DNA of 64,000 nucleotides from Neocallimastix sp. 'constans' (lineage: Eukaryota), in NCBI GenBank assembly GCA_050613775.1, contig JBODTK010000151.1, positions 248,001 through 312,000 on the forward strand, written 5' to 3'. Position 1 is the first letter of the stretch, and each line of letters starts with the position of its first letter. The notes under the pieces are model-generated. The model was not told the DNA's origin, made no database searches, and saw nothing but the letters and a program-made list of their open reading frames with translations. This document shows positions 1-17,210 of this stretch, one piece after another. The translations under genes were made by a program, and so were the position numbers.

Positions 1-223
1 TAATTATTAATTAATAAAAGAATAAATAAATAATGTTAAAGTTCGCAGTAATTGAGGCTAAAAAATAAAAAAAAAAAAAAAATAATACAGATTCGAATGA
101 TGATTTTTATTTATATGGAGTTATCATCAATAAATGGGAAAAGTTAAAGGTCATTTCGTCCTTAAAACTCAAAATATAGTTTTTTAATATTAATGTAAAA
201 ATTTCATGTATCATATTCTTAAT

Positions 224-277
<54 letters not shown>

Positions 278-1010
278 TAATAAATATTGAAAAAAAAAAA
301 GGTATATGTAAATGTAGTAATATATATTTATTTATTATGAAATTCTTTGAATAATTAATAGATTTGAATAATTAATAGATAATAAAAAAAAAAGTGGTTC
401 TATATAGCATTTAAAAATATAATATTATTTTTAAATCTTTTGAGATTGGAACTTTGTATTTTTATTTGTAAAAAATTTACTTTGAGGAAAGAGTTTAATG
501 AAAATTCTCATTATATCATTTTATGAAACTTTTTCACTTTGTATTTGTATTATATCTATTACATATATATTTTAGGTTATTTTTATTTAATTATCACTAT
601 TTTTGAAATAAATAATTATATATATATATATATATATTTTTTTTAATATGGTCTTTTTCAGTGATATTAATTAATAATTAAAATGGTATTATTCATTATA
701 TTAATGTAACAAGTATATTTTGAAAATTTTTGAATAATTATAATAATTTAAAAAAAAAAAAAAAATTTTTTATAGTTTCTATATTAAGAAAATAAATAAT
801 TAATTATCGTTGTTGTTTAAAGAAAGTATATAAAGTGGTTCAAATATATAGTTAGTAAGATAATATTAAAAAAAGTGGCAAAACATATGTTAAATGCTAT
901 TTAGATCAATATAAATTTATATGATATTTGGATCAATCAATATTTATATATCTATAATAAATTTTTAATTTTTATAATTTGAAGTTTTTTTTTTTTTTTT
1001 TTAGTGAATT

Positions 1011-1049
<39 letters not shown>

Positions 1050-1196
1050 TTGAGTAACATAGTTATAAATTTTGATAATTGCAACAAAAATCAATATTTT
1101 TTTTATTTAATAGTTATTTAATCCTTATTACATAAAATTTTCTTAGATTATAAAACTTTTTTATTTATTTATTTATTTTATAAAAATAATAAAAAT

Positions 1197-1200
<4 letters not shown>

Positions 1201-1233
<33 letters not shown>

Positions 1234-1461
1234 GTCAAATGTAATTTTCCAAGCAATCGTTTTTTTATTTTTAAAATTAATAGTAATTAAATGAATTGAC
1301 TGCATGAATGATGTACTAAAAAAAAAAAAAAAAAAAATAATTAAAAAAAAAAAAAAAAAAGTAGTCAAATGTAATTTTCCAAGCAATCGTTTTTTTATTT
1401 TTAAAATTAATAGTAATTAAATGAATTGACTGCATGAATGATGTACTAAAAAAAAAAAAAA
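1201..1461. repeat. Direct tandem duplication, ~130 bp unit (poly-A plus an identical ~88 nt core)
   Basis: GTAGTCAAATGTAATTTTCCAAGCAATCG...TTGACTGCATGAATGATGTACT occurs identically starting at 1231 and 1361, each copy preceded by A-runs. Confidence 0.9.
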
Positions 1462-1915
1462 ATTAAGGTTTGTCTACTGATTTTGGAGAAATTTTTTGAT
1501 ATAAAAATAAATTAAAAATAAATTAAAATTATTATGTTTATATATACATATACTTTTAAAATATTATTAATATTAAGAAATATTTATAAATGTACATGAT
1601 TAATTAAATCAATTAATATGTTATTATATATACATATATCAAGGTATATATTAAATATATATATGCAATTTTATTTATCTAATTGATTTTGATTAGTGGA
1701 AAGGATAATACAAAAAAAAATTCTTTAAAAAATATATATATATATAAATATTTATAACAAAAACAATAAACTAAAAACTATAATTATAATAATAATAATA
1801 ATAATATTTCATTTATAAAATAATATAATAAATAATATATTATTATATTATGTTAATTTTTAATATTTAAAATTTTGTTACATGTAAATTTTATTTTTTC
1901 ATTTTTTTTTTCTAA

Positions 1916-1949
<34 letters not shown>

Positions 1950-2064
1950 TTTTTTGTTTATCTTTTTTTTTTTATTTGATTAATTTTTCTTAAATAGTTA
2001 TTAAATTTTTTTTTTCATATATATATATATATAGAGTTTTGATGATAAAATACTATTCAGAAAA

Positions 2065-2782
2065 ATGAAACTTATTACAAGATTAATGTTGGCTTTATCT
2101 TTGATAAATATATCATTATCTAATAGTTTAAAAAACTTATATTTAAAAAGGAGTGTTCATATCAACATAATTAAATGAAAAATGTATAAATGATTTAAGA
2201 AATTCAAGTGAATTTGATGAATGTATTGATGGTTATACAAGGAATAATGGAATAACGAAGGATAACTATAAAAAAGTTTGTGAAATTTTTAATTCAGATA
2301 GATGTCATCACTTTATAGAAAATCCAATGAAATCTCTACCTAACTGTAAAAATACTATCATAGATCAAGTTTTAGATGAGTCTATGATAGCAACAATTAA
2401 ATCGTATATGGGAATAATATGTCAGGAGGATGAAAACGGAAAAATATGTCCAATGGGTGAATTATATATTTCGGAAAATGAGAGTAATGGCACTTTAATA
2501 GAAGTTATACAGAACACTTGTAAATCAAAAAAATGTAAGGACACTACTATCATATCGTTAAGTTCATCCTTAGATTCATCAAAAAATGCAGAAAATCTTT
2601 CAATCGTTTCGGGTAAAGTGGATAAAAAAGAAGAAGAAAATGTTAGAAATATGATAACTTATTTAAAAAGTAATGAATGTAATACTTTGCTTAAAAGTAA
2701 TGCCTTTGCCTTACCTATTATAACTATTATTAACTTTATATTCAGTGTAATATTACCATTATTTTATTTCTTTAACATATAA
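2065..2782 (+). pseudogene. Cys-rich secreted, possibly GPI- or membrane-anchored protein, interrupted by a frameshift (pseudogene or assembly indel)
   Basis: ATG 2065 reads MKLITRLMLALSLINISLSNSLKNLYLKRSVHINIIK* (signal-peptide-like, KR site, TGA at 2176). The +1 frame from 2171 reads LNEKCINDLRNSSEFDECIDGY...CEIFNSDRCHHFIENP into ORF 2327-2782, which is Cys-rich with a hydrophobic C-terminal tail. I found no GT-AG intron of suitable length to restore the frame. Confidence 0.6.
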
Positions 2783-2921
2783 TAAAATATTCTTTCATTA
2801 TATATTCATTATGATTATATATTCATATATTAATAATAATTTTTATATTTATTAATGTATATATAAACTATTTACAAGTTTTTAGATAAAAGATAATTGT
2901 TATTATTATTTTTTTTATTTC

Positions 2922-3063
<142 letters not shown>

Positions 3064-3730
3064 TACATATATTATATATTTTTTTGGATATTTTTTTTAA
3101 TTACAAACCACAATAATAATATATATATTATTTAAAATTTAAATCTTAAAATAATCCACTTCTTGATTTTAATTTTAAGTTTATATAATATACTTTTGGA
3201 TATTTTTTTTTTTTTTAATGACAAACCATAATAAAATAAAATAAAATAAAATAAAAAACAAACAAACAAACATATATATAGATATATTATAAAATTTAAT
3301 CATAAAATTGTCAATTTTTTTTTTTTTATTTTTTATTTTAAATAATTTATATATTTTATAAACTTTTTTTTTTTTTTATATATATAAAAATTTTGGTTTA
3401 TTTTTATTAATAAATTAAAATATCAAATTAAAATCATTTCTATTATAATATTAACATCTTTATTTTTTTTTTTTTAAAAGATTATTCGTTATTAGTATTA
3501 ATTTAATCATTTAAGATACTCTTATCACAAAAATAAAAAAAAAAAAAAAAAAAAAAATAAAAAAAAAAAATAAAAATAAAAATAAAAAATATAAAAATAA
3601 AATATATAAAAATAAAATAAATAAAATATATAATACGTTAACTATATATTATATAAAAAAATATATATTTATATATAAATATAAATAAAATTATATTAAA
3701 TTGATTATTAAATAATTATTTTTAAACTAT

Positions 3731-3772
<42 letters not shown>

Positions 3773-3850
3773 CAAATTTTTTTTTTTTTAATTATATTAA
3801 TATAATATGGCATGATATGATATGATATGATAATAATATAATATGACATG

Positions 3851-3882
<32 letters not shown>

Positions 3883-3930
3883 TATCTATTGATTTAAATA
3901 TAAAATTTTCATATATATATGATAAAAATT

Positions 3931-6900
3931 TTATTGCATAACCATTTCCATTTCATTTAATTGATCATAAATATCATTTGACATACGTGACTGTATAGTA
4001 CCGGTAAAAACAATAATCATTCTTGCCATCTTCTTAAAGGCATTCATTTGAGTTAATTGTTCCTTAGATGAATTTTCAGACATGAAAACTTCTTTTTGAT
4101 TTTTAATTAAACGCCAGAGACCGTAAACACAACGCATTGTGGTAATTAAAAGTTCAGGGAAGAGTCGTACAATGTTCTTATCAAGATTTTGGAATTCTTC
4201 AGCTTTCATCATGACCTTGGTCATATCACCTTCTAATGGTATGAGATCCAATTCTTTCATCATACTTAAAGCTTCTGCTAGGCTATTTCTTTGATAGGCA
4301 TCCATGAAACGAGTTAACTTAATAAGGGTAGCACATGTTTTTTGTTTAGATTCAAGATGTCCAAAGCTGGATGGTTGCTTAACATAGTTTTGCATGATAT
4401 TCTGAGCAAGGATTACTGGATGATCTTGAGTAAGGGTGTATTGATGACTGGCAAGAGCATCACTTAATTGCTTATTGAGTATATCTACCACAGTTTCATA
4501 GTTTTCTGAGAGATTGAAGAGATAAACTGCATCGTCTAAACGTCCTTCATTTTCACAACTATGTGCGGTTGGTTTAACTAAATATTTAATGAAGTGATGG
4601 TGATCATGAATATGAATAAGATTTTTGTATTGTTCTATTTCACTTAATGTTTGAATACTACCATCTGTGTTCATTTGACCAAAGAAATGTGGGAGTGATT
4701 CTGATTTTTGAAGAAGAACTAATTCTTGTATGTATTTATAGGTTAATTGAGTGTATTTTTTGGCAATAGTCTTTTCTTCTTCGGATGAATTTTCCTTAGT
4801 TTTAGTAGTGAAACTTTCCATTTCAATATCTTCATCTCCTTCTCCATCTTGATCTAACTCAATACCATATAAACAGATGAAATAAAGGTAGTGAAGAGCA
4901 ACATCTGGATATTGAGTTGAAAGATTACTGGAATATTGATGAATTAATCTAGCAAAGTTAAATTTAGATATGGTGTCTATTATATCATTATCAGAGGCAC
5001 TTTCTTTTTCAAAACCAATTGCATTAAGTTTATTTTTATTGGTGTTAATATTAAGTGAACTAATGAATGGATTATTTTTAGAAGATTTTGCTAAACTGAA
5101 ACTATTAAATTTAGACCCAAAGTTGAAACTAGCGCTCTTAATTGTTGTAACATTGAGAGGCGAATCAAATGAAGATGAAGTTGCAATGTTTGATGTAGTT
5201 TTTTTAGCTTTAGTTTCATTAACAAGGTATTCTATTGAGTATACAGAATTTGTAATTCTTAAAAGACCATAATAAGCAAAGGCAATTGCAAAATGAACAG
5301 CTTCAATGCGATATTGATCTCTTGAGAATAAAAAGTCGACAACATTTTCAAATTTACCGCAAATAATTAATACCATATTCCAAATATTTTCTTGGTCGAA
5401 GTAATTTGGCTCATACTTTAATAAATTAATTACCATTTGTTCATAGGTATAAGCATCATTATCCAACTTTATACTCGGGAAAGTTGTAGAAATTGCTGAA
5501 GTAGTAGAATGTATTTTTTGGTTGGAATAATTCTGAACAAGAGTTATATGAATCCATAAATAATCTTCAACTGAAGGAATAACAATTGGATTTGGAATAT
5601 TTTTAAAATTAATATCGCATCTACCAATAATTTTGTAGAGACAATGTTTAAATGGGTCTCCTTTAATAGAATTTTGATCAATTGAAGAACAAATTCTTTC
5701 ATTCCAATCATTTTTTATTTCGTCGCGATATCCCTTGCTTAATTTGAATTTGTTATCTATCCATATTTTTATATATTTTACAAACATAAGATCATTCTTT
5801 TGATTGAAAAGTTTATCATCAATATCATTAATGTAATAAATAGCTTCAGTAAAGTGGCCAGAACGAATTAGATAGAAAATGCATGCCCATATTGGGAATG
5901 AATCAAATAACTCAAGATTTTGATCCCATTCACCATATTTTTTTAATCTAAGGGATATAAATAATGAAACTATATCTATAACTGATTGCTTTGAATCATT
6001 ACTAAATGATTTTCCAGTATTTTCTTTAACTTCTTTTTGAATCCATTCCCAAAAAGTGTCTTCGAAATATTTTTTAGATCCACTAATAATTAACGAATTA
6101 AATTCGTTCATATTTGCTTCTGAAATATCTTTTGATGTACCTCTTATATTAGCATATTGTTTTTCTTTTATTAAACTTTCATCTTCCTTGTTACCAAGAA
6201 TAGATTCTTTAAAAATATAAGTTAATAATTTCCAAGAATCACTAACAGATTGAATTGATGAATTAATTCTTGCTATCTTTAAACTGCAATCATAGAAAAG
6301 ATTGAAAACTTTTGCTGATTTAAATTCGTTTCTAATTTGATTAATTTTTTTAACAACATTAGCATATTCTTTTACTTGAATTTGCTTGGAACTATTAGTA
6401 GTTAATTCTTCATTGTACAACCATTTAGAAAATAATAATTAAATTTTAGTATTAATTTTAATATAATTTATTCTTATAAAAAAAAATTAATCAAATAATA
6501 ATGTATTTGAATATGTATGATTAAATTACCAGTAAATGGTACTTGGGAGAACATTAATGAATTAGCAGTATTATGTAAATTATCTATATATTTATATAAC
6601 ATTAAAATTAATAATTATATTAAATTCAATTTTTTCTTTTCAAAAAAATCATAAAAAAAAAAAAAACTTATTTAAAAATTAGATTTCTGTATTTTATAAT
6701 TTATTATTATAAATAAATTCCTTTTTTTCTTTTTCTTTTTCTTTTTTTTTTTTTTTTTTTTTAGTCAATATACATATTTATTAATTAAAATGATTTTAAA
6801 TTTTTGAATTATTATTTAAAAATTTGTATATTAAGAATTTTTAAATTATATTTTAAAATTTTAAATTTTCATGTTCCAATATTTAAATATTACTGATAAT

Positions 6901-7564
6901 GAAATTCAATTTTATATTTATTAATTTAAATGTGTCATTAAATATTATATATGTTCAAATAATATAACTTAAAAGATATTTATTTCTATTTATAAATATT
7001 GTAATGATTGTAATGATTAAACTTTAAAAAGTTATAAAAAATAATAATAATAATAATTTATTATAAAAGTTTACCCATTGAATTAAGTGATGAATTGCCA
7101 CTAATTACTGTTGAATGTTCTAAATGATCACATAATTTATACTTTGTATTTTTCCAATCTTTATGAATAGACTTTTCAAATGAATTATTGAAATCCTTTG
7201 TTATTTGAGTTTTTCCTTGTTCTACTGTTTTTAGCATGATATTTTCTAATTCCAAATTTAAAAATGATTCAATATCCGTATCAGGGATTGGTTGCAATGG
7301 TTCGAATGTTGTTGCTAAAGTTAAAGTATTAAGATTTTCCATAATTTGAGAAACCTGTTCGACTGGAAATCCTCCATTAGCTAATAAGCAACATGCTCCT
7401 GTATCAATTATACCTTCTCCAGCTCTCAAAGCCTTTGCTGCCAATTTACGTGATTGACTTTCAATTTGATCTAAATCTCTTTCTAATATTGGTAGGCTTG
7501 TATTATATATATGACTATTTAACTGTCTTGATTGCTCAAGAAGTTTACTAAATTTTGTAGGCAT
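3931..7564 (-). CDS. NIC96: Nucleoporin Nic96/Nup93 (about 3 exons: 7564-7075, 6583-6530, ~6408-3931)
   Basis: N-terminus MPTKFSKLLEQSRQL...LPILERDLDQIESQSRKL, plus motifs PIWACIFYLIRSG, DPFKHCLYKIIGRCD, SVEDYLW and EAVHFAIAFAYYGLL, all typical of Nic96/Nup93. GT-AG boundaries traced. Confidence 0.93.
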
Positions 7565-7890
7565 TTTGTTATTTTCTTTCTTATATTTAATTCTTTTATC
7601 CTTTCTATTTTATTATTAATATAGATTTATTAAATATTATATCTAATTTTTATAATTTTTTATCAAGTTAAAATTCTTATATTTAACAAAGCAAAAGATA
7701 CTACCTTCTAGATTAAATTTTTAAAAAATTTTATATATTACTAGTAATAAAATTAAAATATTTAATAAAATTTAATGGACTTTTACAAAGAAAAATATAA
7801 AAAATAAAAACTTTTTAATTAATAATAAATAATTAAATATAATTATTTCATTATATAATTATCAATAATGAAGAGTTTATTTGTATTATA

Positions 7891-8146
7891 CACCAATGAT
7901 TGGATTTTTTTAAATTGAATTTAAATAAATAAATGAATAAATAAGTAAATAATTTAGTTAATAATTTAGTAAATAAATATATAAAAGATAAATATAAATT
8001 ATTTTTAAAATTTTTATATGTCAGTATATTTAAAATTATTTCAAATACATTATTTATATATTGTATATGTATGTGATATATATTTTATTAAAAAAAATAT
8101 TGAAATTTAATATATACATTGTGATTAAGAAAAATCAACCAATCAA
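7891..8146. promoter_or_regulatory. Candidate CCAAT boxes in the divergent NIC96/eIF3h intergenic region
   Basis: CCAATGATTGG (two opposed CCAAT) at ~7893 and AACCAATCA at ~8137, in otherwise very AT-rich DNA. A similar TGATTGG lies upstream of TSR2 (~18864). Function is inferred only. Confidence 0.3.
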
Positions 8147-8837
8147 AAAAATTTTTATTATATATTTTATTATCATTAAATATAATTATTAAAAAAAAAA
8201 ATTTCGTTGTTTTGCAATTTTGTTATTACTTACTTTATATTTATTTCAAAATATAATTCAGAAATAAATTAAATTTAAAGGTATAACAAATAAAAAGTAA
8301 TATAAATATTAACTAATAAATATTAAAATAATTGTTATAAAATCAAATAAAATATGGTAATAAATATCAAAAGGAAAAATAAAATAATGAAATAAAAAAA
8401 ATAATGGGTTTAATATTTCCATGTTAAATTAATTACATATAATAATAAATATATATATTATTAAGATTTATAATTATAAAATATAATAATACTTTTTTTA
8501 CTAATTTTTATTTTTATTTTTTTTTTTTTTTATACATCAAAAATATTTATTATAATTTATATTTTTAATTGTAATAAAATAATTATAATAAATAATTATA
8601 ATTAAAATTGATAACTGATTTTCAAAAAATAAATAATATATATTGGAAAATCTCCTCAAATTAAAAATAAATAAATTTACTTAATTGATAAATAAATAAA
8701 ACGAAATAAATAAATCATTATATTAAAAAAAATAATTAATAAATAACTTATTAAAATGATGCCAATGTTTTTTAAATATAATAATCAAATATTAATTGAA
8801 AATACAATACAAATAAAATAATATAAATGTACTATAG

Positions 8838-9914
8838 ATGGAAAATTATGAAGAATATTTAGAAACTTCTCCAATTAAGGAAATCGAACTCGATTCTTTA
8901 GTTGTTCTTCAAATTGTTAAGCATTGCCAAGAATCTTTACCAGCCACTGTTACTGGTCAAATTCTTGGTATTGATATTAAGGATACACTTAAGATTACTT
9001 ACAGTTTTCCATTCTCTAGTTCAAGTGCTGATAATATGGAAGATCAAAATGCTGGTGCTGATTATCAATTAAGAATGTTAACTAATTTAAGAAATATGAA
9101 TTTTGATGTTAATACTGTAGGTTGGTATAGAACTGCTGACAGTAACCTTTGGGATGCTACTTTTATTGAAAATCAATATAACTATCAAGCTGCCATTCAA
9201 CAATCTGTTGTTATTGTTTATGACCCAGTCCGTTCATCTCAAGGTAACATCAATCTTCATGCTTACAGACTTACTGATGAATTTATGGAAGTTTATAAGG
9301 ATAAAGAATTTGATGTTAAGTCTTACATGAATAAGAAATTAAATTCTTCAAAGATTTTCGAAAATATTCCAATTAAAATTAAGAATAACATTTATGATGA
9401 CTGCTTAATTAGTCAATATGATGAAATTAATACTTTACAAGTTGATGCTAACTCCGTTCTTACTCAACCATCTCCAAACTTCTTAAATAAGAATATTGAT
9501 TTATTAGTTCCAGAAACTAAATATGATGAATGTCTTGGTTTAAATTATGAAGATTATCTTATCAAAAAACTTGAAATATTGAACTTAGAAATTGATAAGA
9601 ACAACAGAAACCAAGCTATTTTCAATAACTGGTACAAACAAGTTCAATCTGAACTTAACAAAATAAGATCTTCAAATCAAATGAAAATTAAGGAAAACAA
9701 AGAACTTGTTAACCACGGTCAACCCCCAAAATATACTGAAGAAGATCTTCAATTGACTTCACCAAATCTCGAAAAGCTCTACTCTAATGGTTCCTTTGAT
9801 CTTGATATTCCATTAGTTTCTAGAAGAATGGAAATGCATTGTAAACAAATAAAGCAATTTGCTGGTCCAAGTATGACTAAAATGTTCATGGTTAAAGCTT
9901 TACAACGCAAGTAA
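8838..9914 (+). CDS. EIF3H: Eukaryotic translation initiation factor 3 subunit H (MPN domain)
   Basis: 358 aa ORF with IELDSLVVLQIVKHCQE...VTGQILG, YQLRMLTNLRNMNFDVNTVGWY, NQYNYQ, SVVIVYDP and C-terminal CKQIKQFAGPSMTKMFM, characteristic of eIF3h. Confidence 0.9.
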   Translation: MENYEEYLETSPIKEIELDSLVVLQIVKHCQESLPATVTGQILGIDIKDTLKITYSFPFSSSSADNMEDQNAGADYQLRMLTNLRNMNFDVNTVGWYRTADSNLWDATFIENQYNYQAAIQQSVVIVYDPVRSSQGNINLHAYRLTDEFMEVYKDKEFDVKSYMNKKLNSSKIFENIPIKIKNNIYDDCLISQYDEINTLQVDANSVLTQPSPNFLNKNIDLLVPETKYDECLGLNYEDYLIKKLEILNLEIDKNNRNQAIFNNWYKQVQSELNKIRSSNQMKIKENKELVNHGQPPKYTEEDLQLTSPNLEKLYSNGSFDLDIPLVSRRMEMHCKQIKQFAGPSMTKMFMVKALQRK

Positions 9915-10460
9915 ATTAATTATATTTATTAATATGCCCAAAATTATTTAAATAATAAAGAAATAAAAAAATAGTTTTATTTTATTTTGTTCTATTCTAT
10001 TCTATTCTTTTATGTTATATTCTATTATATTTATTTATTATTTAGAAAAGTAAAAAAAAGTAGAATGAAATAAAATTATATATATATATGAAGAGGGTAT
10101 ATAAAAGATCAAAAAACAATGAAATAATATTAGATACATTAATTTGTATAAAATCAAAAATGTTTGAATTTTAATATAAAATTTTTCTCATTTTATAAAG
10201 ATTCAAATTTAGAAAAAAAAAACATAGAACTTTTTTTTTTTATTTTTAATAAAATTTCATAATAATAAAATATCATTATAAATAAAAAGTATAATAATAT
10301 AAAAATTTAAAATAAAGCAACAAATATTTATTTTTATAATTAATATATAGAAAGTTTTTTATATATGATATTATAAATTTTTTTTTTAAAATACAAAAAA
10401 TTATAAGACCTTTCATATATTATAAATTATTTATTTATATTATCGCTTTTTCATAGAGTT

Positions 10461-10496
<36 letters not shown>

Positions 10497-10887
10497 AAAA
10501 TAAAAAAATGATATTTAAAAAAAATGGTATTTAAAAAAAATCTTTTTTTTTTTTTTTTTTTTTTTGTTCCATTTTACAATACCTTATTAAGAATTCTCTT
10601 TATTAATGTAACAATTTCTTATATATGAAATGATATAATAAATAACTCTAGAATAATGATAATATAAATTATTAATATAAACTTAATATAATGTTAATTA
10701 AAAGTATTCCAGTACAAGCCACATGTTTATATAAATAGGTGTAAATTTTATAATGTTAAAAATTACCTATTAATATAAACTTATAAATAATAAGACTTTT
10801 TATTCAATAAAAAAATCAATATATACTTTCTTAAGAATATTTTTATGGAGAACTTAATATTGAATATAGGGTAAAAAAAAAATAACA

Positions 10888-10919
<32 letters not shown>

Positions 10920-11274
10920 GGGTGAAAATTATTAAAATTCAATAAAAATTATCATAAAAAAAATTAATACTTTTATTATTTATTATTTATTTTTTATTTT
11001 TTATTTTTTTTTTTTTTTATTTTTTTATTTATTTATTTATTTTATTTTATTTGCTATTTTCTTTGATTTAATATATCATTTTTTTTATACTATTCTTTTC
11101 TTTTCATATCTTTTTATTATAATTATAATTATTATTATTTTATTTTTATTTATTTATTTATTTTATCAATTTAATTTTTTATTTTATTTTTATTAAGTTG
11201 TTATATATATTTTTTTATTTATTGAATTATTTTATCTTTCTTTTGTTATTATTATTATTATTATAATAAAGTCT

Positions 11275-11323
<49 letters not shown>

Positions 11324-11384
11324 TTTTCAATTCCAAAATTTTATAACTTGAAATTAATAAAAAAGAAAAAAAAAGTTAAATAAT

Positions 11385-14820
<3,436 letters not shown>

Positions 14821-15293
14821 TTTTTAAATTTTTATATATATTTTTTTAATTTTATTTAATTTTATTTTATTTTATTTTTATTTTTATTTTATTTTTTTTT
14901 TTTTTTACACTTTATGATACTTATTGATGAATAATATTAAATTTTTTAAAAATTATTTAAAAATAAAAAAAGATAGAAAGTGTTGATTAAACAAAATAAT
15001 TTATATTAGATAATACTTTTTATTTAAATGAATATTAAATAATAAGATTACTTTACATCATTAAATTAAAAATAATACATGAAATTTTAAATTATATTTA
15101 CCTTTAAAAAAAATTAAATAAAAAATAATATTTAAAAAAAAAGGAAAAAAAATAAATTAAGAAATTAATTATTTTTAATTAAATATAATTAACTAAATTA
15201 TTATTTATGTAAATAAATAAATTATAAAGAATTTAGTTAATTATTAGAAGTCGAAAATCCATATGAAACTAGTTAATTTAATTTAGATTCAAT

Positions 15294-15497
<204 letters not shown>

Positions 15498-15937
15498 TTA
15501 AATAATAGTGAAAATAATTAAAAAAAAATTTAGATGTTTTTTTAAACTTTAAAAAATTTAATTAAAAAATAATTAATAAACTTTAATATTTTCATAATAT
15601 ATTAGTATATAAAACAATCTTATTTTATCAATATATATTGTTATATATTGATAAATGTTTGACATTATGTATTTAACATAATATAATTATTAAATCAATA
15701 TTATAAATTTTAGAATGTAACATATTTTGAAAGATTAATATTTCAAAATATAATTAATTTCAATCTTCAAAAAAAAAAAAATACTCATAAAACTATAATC
15801 TATGATACAATTTATAAAAAATCTATATATATAAAAAAAATAAAATATTTTATTAAAATACTGTTGAATATAATTATATCAAAATTATATTATTATATGA
15901 TATCACAAAAATAATATTAAAACATTATATTTTTTTT

Positions 15938-16413
15938 TATTATTTATTATATATTATTTATTATTTATTATTTATTATTTATTATTTATTATTTATTATT
16001 TATTATTTATTATTTATTATTTATTATTTATTATTTATTATTTATTATTTATTATTTATTATTTATTATTTATTATTTATTATTTATTATTTATTTATTT
16101 ATTATTTATTTATTTATTATTTATTATTTATTATTTATTATTTATTATTTATTATTTATTATTTATTTATTATTTATTATTTATTATTTATTATTTATTT
16201 TATTTATTATTTATTATTTATTATTTATTATTTATTATTTATTATTTATTATTTATTATTTATTTATTTATTATTTATTTATTTATTATTTATTATTTAT
16301 TATTTATTATTTATTATTTATTATTTATTATTTATTTATTATTTATTATTTATTATTTATTATTTATTTTATTTATTATTTATTATTTATTATTTATTAT
16401 TTATTATTTATTA
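15938..16413. repeat. (TTATTTA)n heptamer satellite with variants
   Basis: ~470 bp of TTATTTA units with occasional TATTT/TATTTT variants. Confidence 0.9.
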
Positions 16414-16859
16414 GTAAGAAGTATTTATTTATTTATTTATTTATCATTATAAATTTATATTAAGCATTGAGGTAGAAATTTAGCATTCAAGATAGCACAT
16501 TAAATTGATTCTATCATATTTATTTTAATTTTATACCAAAATTAGTTTTTTTTATTAGGAAGAAAATATACTTCTATTGCTTTATTTATTAATAATTAAA
16601 AGTATTAATATATCATTTGCCTTGTAAATGAAAAACTCATCATATATATGTATTAAGATAAAATATACGAAAAAAGTATAAAATAAAACTATTAATTTTT
16701 ATAAAAAAAAAAAAGTTGATGAAATACAATAAAAATAAAGTGAAAATTTCAAAGTAATTAAGATACTATATTTATGGTACAATAATGTGAATTGAAATCA
16801 TTTTTCCAAAAATATTTAATAAAATAAAATAAAGAAGTAACAATTGTATAGTAATATGA

Positions 16860-17210
16860 TAGTGTGATTACCACTAAACTCTTCTCAAACCAAGAGAAAT
16901 AAAATCAAGATATTCAGTTCCTACAGATTCGTTGTATGAAGAACAATTATTACTATTTGTGTAAGATGTATTTTGAGGACTAATAATAGAAGTTCTTCTT
17001 TATTAGTTCGACATTGATTCTCTTGATTGTGAAATGTTTTTTTTTTATTATATAGATAAAAAGGTCATTGATAAAATCTAACGATTTCAATTTAACATTA
17101 AAAAGTGGAACATTTAATCACAGTATGGACTACATTTGCGACAATTATTCATAACTCTACCACATTTGATAGAGAGAGTGGTGTTGAACTTATATCCACA
17201 TTTTAAATGT
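16860..17210 (-). mobile_element. Degenerate 3' fragment of a non-LTR retrotransposon (LINE) ORF2
   Basis: The minus strand reads LKCGYKFNTTLSIKCGRVMNNCRKCSPYCD* and LKSLDFINDLFIY. These match RCGFKFDISISIKIKIISEDCPKCCPCC and NKSLPFLDDLFFK of the LINE at ~50.2-50.35 kb. Boundaries approximate. Confidence 0.6.

Noticed and set aside
91..180. Box C-like ATGATGA (possible C/D snoRNA) or a terminal exon
   Set aside because: No downstream CTGA D box or terminal stem, and no recognisable peptide.
4970..5272. 100 aa plus-strand ORF, and similar ORFs at 33223, 44009, 49637 and 56336
   Set aside because: Antisense shadows of NIC96, RSE1, the BET pseudogene, the LINE and CIA1, with no independent motifs.
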